A stretch of 38,478 bases of DNA from contig CAYFJE010000002.1 in NCBI GenBank assembly GCA_964343345.1, forward strand, positions 1-38,478, written 5' to 3'. Below, one piece after another: positions 8,316-17,391 of the stretch. The position numbers and the translations under genes were made by a program. Origin of the DNA: an uncultured bacterium. GTDB taxonomy: Bacteria; UBP7; UBA6624. The notes beneath the pieces are model-generated. The model was not told where the DNA came from. It searched no databases and saw nothing but the letters and a program-made list of their open reading frames with translations. Numbering within the stretch: the stretch's first letter is position 1; every line of letters begins with the position of its first letter.

Positions 8316-9018
8316 ATTTTAAATTTTTGACTAAAAACAACCCAAGGTCCGAGTCTAAATCTTCAGCCCTGAAACCTTCGGGGATTTTTTTAATTGCAGA
8401 TTCTGAAACTATATTTTTTAGTAAGTTTTTTACCTTTTTTCTTCGTTGGGAAAACATGATTTTGTTTAACATCAAGTAATTTTCAGCATGTTTAAAATCC
8501 TCCTTTTTCCCTTTGTTTAACAGGGTTAAAACAGCACTTTCTACCTTTGGTCGAGGAAAAAAACATTCTGATGACAATATTTTTTGAATTTTGCATGAGT
8601 AAAAATGCTGCAGGGGTCCTGAAAGAGCACCAAATGATTTTGTGCCAGAATTCGAACAAACTCGTTCAGCCACCTCTTTTTGAACGGTAAAAACAGCATG
8701 ATTTATTTTCTGAGGCCATTGTGCAACAGTCCACAGAATCCTTCCTGAAAGATAGTAGGGAAGGTTGCCGACAAGAGATCCTGAAGATGTCTCGTTTTCT
8801 GGGTTCCACGAGCGGATGTCTTTTTTTACAACCTCTTTTCCAAACCTTTGAGCAAGAAGAGAGTGAAGTGTTTCATCGATTTCAAACACACTAAACTCCT
8901 TCCTTTTTTTGATTAGCTCGGTCAAAAAACCCAAACCACCACCTATTTCAATTGTCCAGTTTGAAAGATGCTTATCAAGAAGGTTTTTTATGTAAATCAA
9001 TTCAGAACCCTTTATCAT
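8308..9018 (-). CDS. rsmA: 16S rRNA (adenine1518/1519-N6)-dimethyltransferase RsmA/KsgA
   Basis: SAM motif EIGGGLGFLT, catalytic GNLPYY, FFPRPKVESAV and a C-terminal helical domain are present. The coordinates use the first ATG. The conserved KKxxGQNF motif is encoded upstream (9019-9054), so the real start is probably a non-canonical codon between 9052 and 9105. Confidence 0.9.
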   Translation of the reverse strand: MIKGSELIYIKNLLDKHLSNWTIEIGGGLGFLTELIKKRKEFSVFEIDETLHSLLAQRFGKEVVKKDIRSWNPENETSSGSLVGNLPYYLSGRILWTVAQWPQKINHAVFTVQKEVAERVCSNSGTKSFGALSGPLQHFYSCKIQKILSSECFFPRPKVESAVLTLLNKGKKEDFKHAENYLMLNKIMFSQRRKKVKNLLKNIVSESAIKKIPEGFRAEDLDSDLGLFLVKNLKSK

Positions 9019-9105
9019 GAAGTTTTGACCACGATGTTTCTTTGGAGGGTTTATTGCAAAATATTTAGAAGCCCTCCACCTTAAAGACTCTGGGTTTTTT
9101 CTGAT

Positions 9106-9324
9106 CTAAACTTCCTCGTAAAAAACTAAGGCCCCTGAAACAAACATTGTTGTCTTTATCCCATCTTCCTCTTTTGATGTATCCATTGTTACACCTGAAG
9201 AATACTTGATATCCAAGATTTTAATTTTGCCCTTCTGCTCATCTATCCAGGCATTTATCTCTCTGTCTAAAGGCGGAGTTCGGTAGTTTCCAAGACTAGA
9301 TTCCATGAAATGCTTTACTTTCAT
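9106..9324 (-). CDS. small hypothetical protein (pattern reminiscent of Cse60-type small proteins)
   Basis: 72-aa ORF directly abutting rsmA. The MKVKHF...REINAWIDEQ...ILDIKYS...MFVSGALVFYE pattern resembles Bacillus Cse60-like proteins from memory. This is a weak call. Confidence 0.3.
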   Translation of the reverse strand: MKVKHFMESSLGNYRTPPLDREINAWIDEQKGKIKILDIKYSSGVTMDTSKEEDGIKTTMFVSGALVFYEEV

Positions 9325-9357
9325 AGGTAAATCTTAATTCGAAAAATCAAACAAACC

Positions 9358-9375
9358 TAATCCAATTTTGGATTA
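9358..9375. promoter_or_regulatory. 18-bp inverted repeat in a divergent intergenic region (candidate operator)
   Basis: TAATCCAA-TT-TTGGATTA has perfect 8-bp arms with a 2-bp spacer. It lies in the 96-nt gap between the divergently transcribed 9106-9324 (-) and 9421-10356 (+) genes. Confidence 0.3.
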
Positions 9376-9420
9376 AAACTAAAAATAATGTACCATTGTT
9401 GGATATAAAATTAAAAAAGA

Positions 9421-10356
9421 ATGAAAGTAAATTTATTCAAACAAAACGAAAAGGGAAAGAATAAACTTCTAAGTTTACTCTTGTGCGGAAGTCTTTTTTT
9501 CTCGAAAGGGATTGCTGCCGAGGAGCCTTCTAGTGAAGAACTTTTCGTTAAGACTTTTCTTGTGGAAGGAGTGGTGCTTCCAGAGGGAACTTTGACACTT
9601 CCCAAGATAAAGATTGACTACACGGCAACAAAACATGTTGAAATTGCAAAAAACCTGTTAGGGGAAAATATAGAATCTGAAACACCTAGCGGTTTAACAA
9701 GGGTTATAGATCAAAATTTCCAAAAATATACAACTTCAGAAGGCAAAGAGCTTTTAGTTTTTCAGCATGGTGGCATTCAATTTAAGAACCCTTTTCAAAA
9801 TATAAACGAGATGTATCCAACAACAAGGCCAGAGGCCGAAAAGGTTTTAGAAATCTTCATTGACAACTTCGGGCACTTTCCGCTAGATGCAACCCTAGTC
9901 AGCACTTCAGACATAAAGCATCCAGAGTACCAATCTTTCAACAACAGCCGAGGCTTGCCATTGGGGTACACATATGAGTACGGCAGGTATTTTAAAGATA
10001 TACCTATAAAAAACGATTTCGTTCAAGCAGTCATCATTGGGGGAAGGGTTTTTCAATTTTCTTTTTCCTGGGGACTTTTACCAGAAGAGATAAAAGACAC
10101 AGAGGAAGAAATTATTCCAGCATGGTTGGCCGTGAAGGATGCAATAGAGTATGCTTATAAGAATTTTTTTGCTGGAAAATATTATGCTGACGTTTATGTC
10201 ACCAAGGTTCAATTGATTTATACTTTCAACGGCATGGAAGAGGCTTGGAAAAAAGATGAACCAAAGACACTTGTCCCTGCCTGGACTGTACAGATAAACA
10301 ATAAACATGACATCACAATCGAAGCTTTTTCTAGCCAAATAATACCGATTTATTAG
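9421..10356 (+). CDS. hypothetical exported protein
   Basis: 311-aa ORF with an N-terminal signal-like segment KLLSLLLCGSLFFSKGIAAEE. I recognised no family. Confidence 0.45.
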   Translation: MKVNLFKQNEKGKNKLLSLLLCGSLFFSKGIAAEEPSSEELFVKTFLVEGVVLPEGTLTLPKIKIDYTATKHVEIAKNLLGENIESETPSGLTRVIDQNFQKYTTSEGKELLVFQHGGIQFKNPFQNINEMYPTTRPEAEKVLEIFIDNFGHFPLDATLVSTSDIKHPEYQSFNNSRGLPLGYTYEYGRYFKDIPIKNDFVQAVIIGGRVFQFSFSWGLLPEEIKDTEEEIIPAWLAVKDAIEYAYKNFFAGKYYADVYVTKVQLIYTFNGMEEAWKKDEPKTLVPAWTVQINNKHDITIEAFSSQIIPIY

Positions 10357-10414
10357 TAAAACAATCAAAAACTATAAAAAATTTCTCATTGCTTTAGACA
10401 GCTTCAAAGGGACC

Positions 10415-11539
10415 TTGAGTTCAGCAGAAGCAGGAAGAATTGTTGCAAGAGCAGTCCATGAATATTCTCCGAAATCAAAAACAACTATAAAAAATTTCGC
10501 TGATGGTGGAGAAGGCACTGTTCAAGCTATTCTGGAAAATTATGAATACACCGAACACAAGGTTGAAACAGTTGGAGCCAATGGCATACCTATAGTTGCT
10601 AGTTGGTTTTTTCTAAAAGAAGAACAAATAGCATTATTTGAAATGGCATCAGTTGTCGGGCTTCCCCTCCTCACGGTTGAAGATTTGAATCCTGAGAAAA
10701 CAAGTACATTGGGAATTGCGCCAATCATTCTTGACATTTTAAATAAAAAAGTCAAAAAAGTATGGCTCGCTGCTGGAGGGACCTCAACCCTTGATGCAGG
10801 GCTCGGGCTTCTTAAAGGGATGGGAGTTCGTTTTAAAAACAAGGAATATCCTAAAAATTTAATCGAAATTAAAGGTTCTGAAGTTTTGGATTTTTCTAAA
10901 GTAGAAACAAGCAATAAAAACCTCCAACCTTACCCAGAAAAAGGCAATTGCCTGTTCCCAAGCGTGATTTTTGATATAATTGCTGATGTTCATGCTCCCT
11001 TGCTTGGTAGCAAAGGGGCTGTTTTTGCTTTTGGCAAACAAAAAGGAGCCACCCCAAAAAATACAGCTCTTCTAGAGAGGGGGATGGTTAATTTTTCCAA
11101 TGTCATTCAGGGAAAAACAAAAGATCCATCCTTTTTAAAATTGGGCGGATTGGGAGCAGCAGGAGGGATTGCCTTAGGGCTTTCTTTGTTGTTTAAAGTG
11201 AATATAAAAAAAGGAGCTGATTTTATTGTGGCAAAAACTGGAATAAACAAAACGATAGACAATTGTGACATCCTGATAACAGGAGAAGGGCAATTCAACT
11301 CTCAAAGCAAGCAGGGAAAAGGGCCTTGGGTTCTTGCATCTTTAGCAAAAGAAAGAAATATCCCAGCTTTGATTATTAGCGGGTTAAAGATGAGGAAAGA
11401 GGATAAGGTAGGGGATTTTCATTTTTTGGAAACCTCGAACTCTTCTCCAAAAAGCAAAACAGAAGCAAAGGAAAATCTTTTCAACGCAACAACAAAATGG
11501 CTTAAAGAAAACGAGGTGAATAATAATGAAACAAAATAA
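10415..11539 (+). CDS. glycerate kinase
   Basis: GGEGT motif (FADGGEGTVQAI) and C-terminal ILITGEGQFNSQSKQGKGPWVLASLAKERNIPALIISG are present. The coordinate is the ORF-track TTG. The family N-terminus KKFLIALDSFKGTL is encoded upstream in the same frame (10376-10417), so the true start lies between 10343 and 10390 at a non-ATG/GTG/TTG codon. Confidence 0.88.
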   Translation: MSSAEAGRIVARAVHEYSPKSKTTIKNFADGGEGTVQAILENYEYTEHKVETVGANGIPIVASWFFLKEEQIALFEMASVVGLPLLTVEDLNPEKTSTLGIAPIILDILNKKVKKVWLAAGGTSTLDAGLGLLKGMGVRFKNKEYPKNLIEIKGSEVLDFSKVETSNKNLQPYPEKGNCLFPSVIFDIIADVHAPLLGSKGAVFAFGKQKGATPKNTALLERGMVNFSNVIQGKTKDPSFLKLGGLGAAGGIALGLSLLFKVNIKKGADFIVAKTGINKTIDNCDILITGEGQFNSQSKQGKGPWVLASLAKERNIPALIISGLKMRKEDKVGDFHFLETSNSSPKSKTEAKENLFNATTKWLKENEVNNNETK

Positions 11540-14429
11540 AGTAATTGACATGGGTTTAATGATCACAGAAACACTTGCAGGGATTGCTGAAAAACCCTCA
11601 TCAGACGGTGCAACTTTGAAAGAAATCGAAAAAGGCCTAAAGAAAGGTATTGAAAAAGAGTTTAAATCTCCAAAAAGCAAAAGCGAAAAAGAACACTTTT
11701 TGCTTCAGGTCGATATCTTTATTAAGAATCATGCCAACAAGTTTTTAAAAAATTGTTCTTTCATAAAGGAAGAAAATGGAAAATGGTTTCTGAGGCCAGA
11801 GAAGCTCAGGGCACACGTGTTCGCTACTGAGATTTTAGAAGAAGGCGGAAATTTTATTCTGGAGTCAAAATTAAGGAGTCTTGTTGCAAAAAAAATGAAT
11901 CAAAAAGTTAGTGAAACTAAACTTTACTTAGAGATTGATGACAACTTTGCAAACACCAGTTTTCTCAATACCGACCACCAGGTTGGAAGAGGCAAGGTGT
12001 GGGGTCTTGTAAATTGGTGGCTAATCAACAACATGGCAATCGAGGTTATAGAGTCGGAGGGGCCAATGAAAGAGAAGCAGCTCATTTCTCGTGTAATGGA
12101 AAAGCAGATGCTTGCTGAAACCAAAATTCCCATCTTTTCTCCAGGAATCGACAAGAGGTTTTTGTCAGAATCAGGGAACTTATGGGATGTCGTTAAGCCA
12201 AAAAAGAAAAGTCTCGAATCTCCTAAAACTGGACGTTTAGAAATAAAGATTCGAGAAGAAATAACTGAAAAAATAGAAAGACTTTTAGAAAATCAAGAAT
12301 CTGATAAAAGTTTTTCAAGAGAGGAAATCACTACCGCATTAATAGGTGCGGCCAAAAGTTCTCGAAGTTCTCATTATGGAGAAATTCTTGATGAAATATT
12401 ACAGTGCTTTGAATCAAAAAAAACAATTACAAAAGTTCGTTTTGAACCAAGAAATCCTTCCTGGATAAAGTCAGAAAGTTTGCCAAAAATAAAAATCAAG
12501 AACCTATCTTCTATTTTTCCATTAGCATATCCAGAAGCCAACCTCGTTGGCGATGACATTTTTGATGAAACTCTTTACGAAAATCTTTCTAATCCTGCAC
12601 TTTATTGGCTGGATGGAGATTTTTCAGAAAAAGGATTTCCAGAAGTTGAACCACTTTTGATATTGACTTTTAATGATTTTGTTGACGAAGGGGTTAATTA
12701 CATTTCACAACCTCTATCCAATGCAATACAGGCCTCCCTTTCGTCATCGGGAGAGTGGGGAGAGTTCACCCTCGAAACACCTAACGATGAAGCATTGTCA
12801 GTTTTAATAAATTTCAAAAATCAAACACTTTCTGGAATTGGAGGATGGATTAATGGTCATGCACAACCTGGGGATGTTTATAGTTTTGAATACCTGGGAT
12901 CTTCAAGATTTAGACTTGCAAAAGCAAAAGAAATAAAAACAGTTTCGCTAGATGACGATGAGCTCGAAAGGCTCTTGATGCTCCAGGGATCCAGTAAGTT
13001 GCATATAAAAGATTTAATCATAAAGGTGTTAAAAAACCATTCAGGGGGCCTTACTTTCAGCGGCCTGTTCAACAGAATCATGTTTATTCAGAGAGTCTCA
13101 AGAAGGGCTTTGATGAGCGAGTTAACAAAATTTTACTGTTTTGAAATAAAAGATGAAAAATGGAGATATCATGAAAAACGAGTCGATTTTGGCGAAAAGT
13201 TTTCTGCAAGTGCCTGGCCAATAGCCGGTGTTCAGACAGGTTGCTGGATTGTCAGAGAGTCTATGGCTCCAAAAAATGGAGATTTTGTAAACTTTAACAA
13301 TTCCAAAATAAAAACAAACGATCTTTTTGCAGTCTTGAATGAAAAAGATGAATTAACTTCTGTTTTTAGGGTTCAAGTTAAAGCAAGAAAATTCAATATT
13401 CAAAATGTAAGTTCTTTTGACCGTGTCCCTTTGACAGATTTCAAGTTACCTCAGGGAAAATTAAAAGAAATTGAAAATTCATTATTTTGCGACATTAATG
13501 AACTGGCTGAAAAACATCTTTTAGATTCTGAAGTTTATGCTGGAATCAAAAAGGCTTTTGCTGAATTTGAGCCAGAAGCGAATGTAAACCAAGAGGTCAC
13601 CAGAAGCCTCGAAGACCTGGAAGGGTTACTTGAAGATTCAGGTTCTGTCAGCCCGTTTGGAGGACTTTCTTGGCAATTGCAGCAAAATTTCAACTGGAAA
13701 GAATTCCAGAAAGTTTTAGATTCAAAAATTTACTCTCAAGAGCACGAAAATAGGTTAGATGCAGACAAGTTCTCGCATTGGTTGTCAAAAAGACCAATTT
13801 CGTGGGATGGAGATTCAATTATCTATCCTTCAGGTCATGGGGAGTTGCCTTCAGGCATTTTGGAATCCATTGTGTTGATTATGAAAAATGCTGACTATAC
13901 GATCACAGAACAATCTCTAAATATCAGAACCGCATTCGGAAAAGATTTTATTTTCGATTGGGAACGGTTGATTTCTGATAAAAGAAGGATTGCAAAAATT
14001 GTTAATTCCGAAGACAGTTTTCAACTTGTGGAATTTCTTACCGGTTGGTTTAGGCGTATGGTTAAAATTGTTGAACCTAGAAAATTAGAAAATGTTGTTA
14101 CAAAACTTTCTCTAAACTTAAAAGGAATCGGATCAATCGATACTGAAAGCATTGACTTGCCTGAATTCATCGAAGGGCAAAGAAAATCTTTGAAATCTTC
14201 TTCTCTTGGTGCCGAAAAACATATTAAATATTCCACCTTTTTTGCAGATTTTAGAGGTTTTTCAAAAGCCAAAATTAAAAAAACTTTAAGTCTAATTTCT
14301 TCAAATATCGAAGAAGGAGGAATCCTTATCATTCTTACTTCTGAGGATCAAAAAATACAATTAAGTGAAGGAAGCCTGGAAGAGCAGATGTCAATGGGCC
14401 TAGTCGTTGCAAGGTCTTATATTTTTTAA
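11526..14429 (+). CDS. large (967 aa) hypothetical protein, no family recognised
   Basis: Uninterrupted 2.9-kb ORF. GAGGTG RBS at 11513-11518 lies 7 nt before the ATG, and the start overlaps the glycerate kinase end by 14 nt. The protein is charged and Lys/Glu-rich, with several short helical modules that look winged-helix-like. Confidence 0.6.
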   Translation: MKQNKVIDMGLMITETLAGIAEKPSSDGATLKEIEKGLKKGIEKEFKSPKSKSEKEHFLLQVDIFIKNHANKFLKNCSFIKEENGKWFLRPEKLRAHVFATEILEEGGNFILESKLRSLVAKKMNQKVSETKLYLEIDDNFANTSFLNTDHQVGRGKVWGLVNWWLINNMAIEVIESEGPMKEKQLISRVMEKQMLAETKIPIFSPGIDKRFLSESGNLWDVVKPKKKSLESPKTGRLEIKIREEITEKIERLLENQESDKSFSREEITTALIGAAKSSRSSHYGEILDEILQCFESKKTITKVRFEPRNPSWIKSESLPKIKIKNLSSIFPLAYPEANLVGDDIFDETLYENLSNPALYWLDGDFSEKGFPEVEPLLILTFNDFVDEGVNYISQPLSNAIQASLSSSGEWGEFTLETPNDEALSVLINFKNQTLSGIGGWINGHAQPGDVYSFEYLGSSRFRLAKAKEIKTVSLDDDELERLLMLQGSSKLHIKDLIIKVLKNHSGGLTFSGLFNRIMFIQRVSRRALMSELTKFYCFEIKDEKWRYHEKRVDFGEKFSASAWPIAGVQTGCWIVRESMAPKNGDFVNFNNSKIKTNDLFAVLNEKDELTSVFRVQVKARKFNIQNVSSFDRVPLTDFKLPQGKLKEIENSLFCDINELAEKHLLDSEVYAGIKKAFAEFEPEANVNQEVTRSLEDLEGLLEDSGSVSPFGGLSWQLQQNFNWKEFQKVLDSKIYSQEHENRLDADKFSHWLSKRPISWDGDSIIYPSGHGELPSGILESIVLIMKNADYTITEQSLNIRTAFGKDFIFDWERLISDKRRIAKIVNSEDSFQLVEFLTGWFRRMVKIVEPRKLENVVTKLSLNLKGIGSIDTESIDLPEFIEGQRKSLKSSSLGAEKHIKYSTFFADFRGFSKAKIKKTLSLISSNIEEGGILIILTSEDQKIQLSEGSLEEQMSMGLVVARSYIF

Positions 14430-14924
14430 TTTAAACCAAGGAAATATTGGACCAGGGTCAATCTTTCTTTCGGGAGCTATGTCGGAGTGACCCACGACAT
14501 TCAGGCACTTCGGGTGCTGTTTTTGTATCCAAGAGATTAGTTTAGTAAGGGTTTGAATTTGTTGTTCAGGCCAGTTCGCCCATTTTTTGTCTAGGTGTTT
14601 CGTGTAGCCGCTTTTCCATTTTTTTCCATCTTTCAAAAAACCTGGATTAACTAGTTCGACACCAATTGAAAAATCATTCACATTCCTCCTGTCTTTAAAG
14701 CACGATTTGCCAGCATGCCATGCTTTATAACTAGTATCGACTAACTGAATCACTTTTCCAAATGGGGATATAACAAAATGAGCTGATAGTTTCCTTTTTT
14801 CAAGAACCAACAATGCTTCCTTTGCTGTGAATGTTTCAGTGTAGTGAATTACTATAAGATCAGGATCTATTATCGTTCTTGCATAATTTCTTGTTTTTTT
14901 GAATTTTGAAAATGGGCAAATCAT
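14400..14924 (-). CDS. N-acetylmuramoyl-L-alanine amidase, amidase_2 (AmpD-like) family
   Basis: IVIHYTE, AWHAGKS, NDFSIGVELVN and VVGHSDIAPERKIDPGPIFPW match the AmpD/PGRP zinc amidase motif order. Confidence 0.85.
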   Translation of the reverse strand: MICPFSKFKKTRNYARTIIDPDLIVIHYTETFTAKEALLVLEKRKLSAHFVISPFGKVIQLVDTSYKAWHAGKSCFKDRRNVNDFSIGVELVNPGFLKDGKKWKSGYTKHLDKKWANWPEQQIQTLTKLISWIQKQHPKCLNVVGHSDIAPERKIDPGPIFPWFKLKNIRPCND

Positions 14925-14976
14925 TTTGTTTGTTAATTTTAACTATTTCATCTTAATAAAAAATACAATAACATTC

Positions 14977-17391
14977 ATGAACGCTACCAGAAAAAACAAG
15001 CATGAAGAGCTAGCAAGAACTCTTGGTCTTTACGATGTAACGATGATTGGTGTTGCAGCAATGATAGGTGCTGGAATTTTTGTTCTTACCGGAAAAGCAG
15101 CAGGCATTGCCGGGCCTGCCTTTTTGTTGGCATTTTTTTTGAATGGGGTTGTTGCAATGTTGACAGCAGGTGCATATGCAGAATTAGGGGCATCTTTTCC
15201 AGAGGCTGGCGGTGCTTTTATGTGGGTTGCTCAAGGATACCGAAAGGTGGTTTCTTTTATAGCAGGCTGGATGGGGTGGTTTAGTCACGTTGTTGCTGTT
15301 GCAGTTTACTCCCTTGGTTTCGGTGTTTATTTTCTTGAGCTTTTGAATTTTTTTGGACTAATGGATCATCCTGAGGATATCGGAGATGTGTATCAGCTTT
15401 ATGTGAAGGTTGGTGCTGTTGCTATTTGTTCTGTTTTGGCTTGGGTTAATTTTGTAGGAGTTTCTGAAACAGGAAAATTTGGTTCAATTATGAGCACTGT
15501 AAAAGTTTTAATATTGTTGCTTTTTGCGATTTTTGGTTTTATTCGCATTTTTCAAACAGATGGATTTACTCATTATGAACCGTTTTTCATATCATCAAAC
15601 GAACACGGGACTGCGATATTGGTTTTATTGGCAATGGGTGTTACATACATGGCTTTTGAAGGTTATGAGGTTATAGTGCAGGCAAGCGAGGAGGTCAAAA
15701 ATCCAGAAAAGAATATCCCAAAAGCTATTTTTTTATCAATCTTGGTTGTTTTGCCAGTCTACCTTCTTGTGGGAGGCGCCTCCCTCGGGGCTTTAAGTAT
15801 TTCTGGCTTGCCTGCTTCTCTTGGCGAAAAGTTTTCAGATCTCGCTTCCTCGGCATCACAGCCAATGACAAATTACAACTTAATGGCCTTTTTGGGAGAA
15901 AGAGCTGTTGTCGAGTCTGCAAATCAGTTCGTTTTGCCATTTAAATTTCCAGGCTCTAGCTATACGACAGGAATGTTCTTGGTCATCCTGGCAGGTATCG
16001 CTTCAACAACATCAGCACTGAATGGCACCCTTTTCTCATCAAGCAGGGTTGCTTTTGCAATGGGCAGAGAAGGTTTGCTGCCATCCATTTTAGGAAAAAT
16101 ACATCCGATTAAGCGAACACCCTACATGGGCCTTTTTGCTACAGCTGTGATTGTCATTTTAATCATTGTCACTTTGCCAATGGCAGCTGTTTCTGCCGCT
16201 GCAAATGTTATGTTTTTACTTCTTTTTACACTTGTTAACATGACATTAATCAAGCTTAGAAAAATAAAACCTAATGTGAAAAGACCTTTCAAAATGCCAA
16301 TGGTCCCACTTTTACCGATGATTGCAATTGTTCTTCAGATCATTATTGCAATTGGAGTTTTCTTTATCCCAGTTTCCCCGTTTGACGAACATGCCGCACA
16401 TTCTCCAGGAGCGATTGCTTGGGCGGTTACTTTACTTTGGATTTTTTCGGGGCTTCTTCTTTATGCGGGACCTTTCAGGAAGCTCAAACCAATGTCACGA
16501 TCAAGAATCCTTGAACAAGAAACGATGTATTCACCAGAAAGCAATAGCATACTGCTCGCTGTCGCACATCCAAGAAACCGTGAGTCTTTATCCCATCTTG
16601 CGGAAAGTGTAGCAAGGCCTGAAAACAGTCTTGTCCATATTGTTTCTATTGCAACCATTCCCGAAACAACACCTCTAACTTTTGCTCCTGAAAAGGATGT
16701 AAAAAAGAAACATGATTTAATAGAAGAGATAAGAGACACTTTAGAAAAGAAGAAAATGAAAATTAATTCCAGTGTTGTTGTAGGCAGGCATCCTGCTTCT
16801 GTCATATGTTCCGTAGCAGATTCAAGAGGTACTGATTTGGTTTTAATGGGTTACAGAGGAGGTAAGAAGAAAAAAGGACTCTTTCTAGGGGATACCTTAG
16901 ATAGGGTTTTAGCAGATTCTTCAAAAACCGTTGCAATCCTTAGACATGGCGGTAAAATTCCATACAAAAATGTTGCTGTTGCTGTGGGATTTGGGCCGAA
17001 TACGAAAAAGGCTATTGAAATTGGTACAAAAATTGCTTCCAGCAACAATGGAGAATTATTGATGCTAGCAATTGCAACGAACAAGAAAGAGGAAAAAGAT
17101 GCTCAAGAAAGACTTTCTTCATTTGCCGAGGAGATTAAAAAAGAAAACAAAAAATTAAAATTAAATTTACAAGTTACAAAATCACGATCTATAAAAAAAG
17201 CTATACTTGATTCAGCAAAATCAAGCGATCTTTTAGTGCTTGGAGCAAGTGTTAACGGAATTCTAGACAAGGCAAGGTTGGGAAATATTCAAGAAAGCAT
17301 TGCAAGAGAGTTTGATGGAAGCGTTCTTACTGTAAGAGTTCCTGAGGCACGAGTAAAAAGATGGATACACAGGTTATTGGACGATGAGTAA
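14977..17391 (+). CDS. APC-superfamily amino acid permease fused to two C-terminal universal stress protein (UspA) domains
   Basis: I chose the ATG at 14977 (MNATRKNKHEELARTLGLYDVTMIGVAAMIGAGIF). The ORF-track start 14899 overlaps the divergent amidase gene. About 12 TM segments are followed by two Usp-like repeats (ILLAVAHPRN...LVLMGYRG and VAVAVGFGPN...LLVLGAS). Confidence 0.85.
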   Translation: MNATRKNKHEELARTLGLYDVTMIGVAAMIGAGIFVLTGKAAGIAGPAFLLAFFLNGVVAMLTAGAYAELGASFPEAGGAFMWVAQGYRKVVSFIAGWMGWFSHVVAVAVYSLGFGVYFLELLNFFGLMDHPEDIGDVYQLYVKVGAVAICSVLAWVNFVGVSETGKFGSIMSTVKVLILLLFAIFGFIRIFQTDGFTHYEPFFISSNEHGTAILVLLAMGVTYMAFEGYEVIVQASEEVKNPEKNIPKAIFLSILVVLPVYLLVGGASLGALSISGLPASLGEKFSDLASSASQPMTNYNLMAFLGERAVVESANQFVLPFKFPGSSYTTGMFLVILAGIASTTSALNGTLFSSSRVAFAMGREGLLPSILGKIHPIKRTPYMGLFATAVIVILIIVTLPMAAVSAAANVMFLLLFTLVNMTLIKLRKIKPNVKRPFKMPMVPLLPMIAIVLQIIIAIGVFFIPVSPFDEHAAHSPGAIAWAVTLLWIFSGLLLYAGPFRKLKPMSRSRILEQETMYSPESNSILLAVAHPRNRESLSHLAESVARPENSLVHIVSIATIPETTPLTFAPEKDVKKKHDLIEEIRDTLEKKKMKINSSVVVGRHPASVICSVADSRGTDLVLMGYRGGKKKKGLFLGDTLDRVLADSSKTVAILRHGGKIPYKNVAVAVGFGPNTKKAIEIGTKIASSNNGELLMLAIATNKKEEKDAQERLSSFAEEIKKENKKLKLNLQVTKSRSIKKAILDSAKSSDLLVLGASVNGILDKARLGNIQESIAREFDGSVLTVRVPEARVKRWIHRLLDDE

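Noticed and set aside
14899-14976. ORF-track start at 14899 for the permease (N-terminal extension MNFENGQIILFVNFNYFILIKNTITF).
   Set aside because: The extension overlaps the divergent amidase gene start and the only available promoter space. It is not permease-like. The ATG at 14977 gives a typical APC N-terminus.
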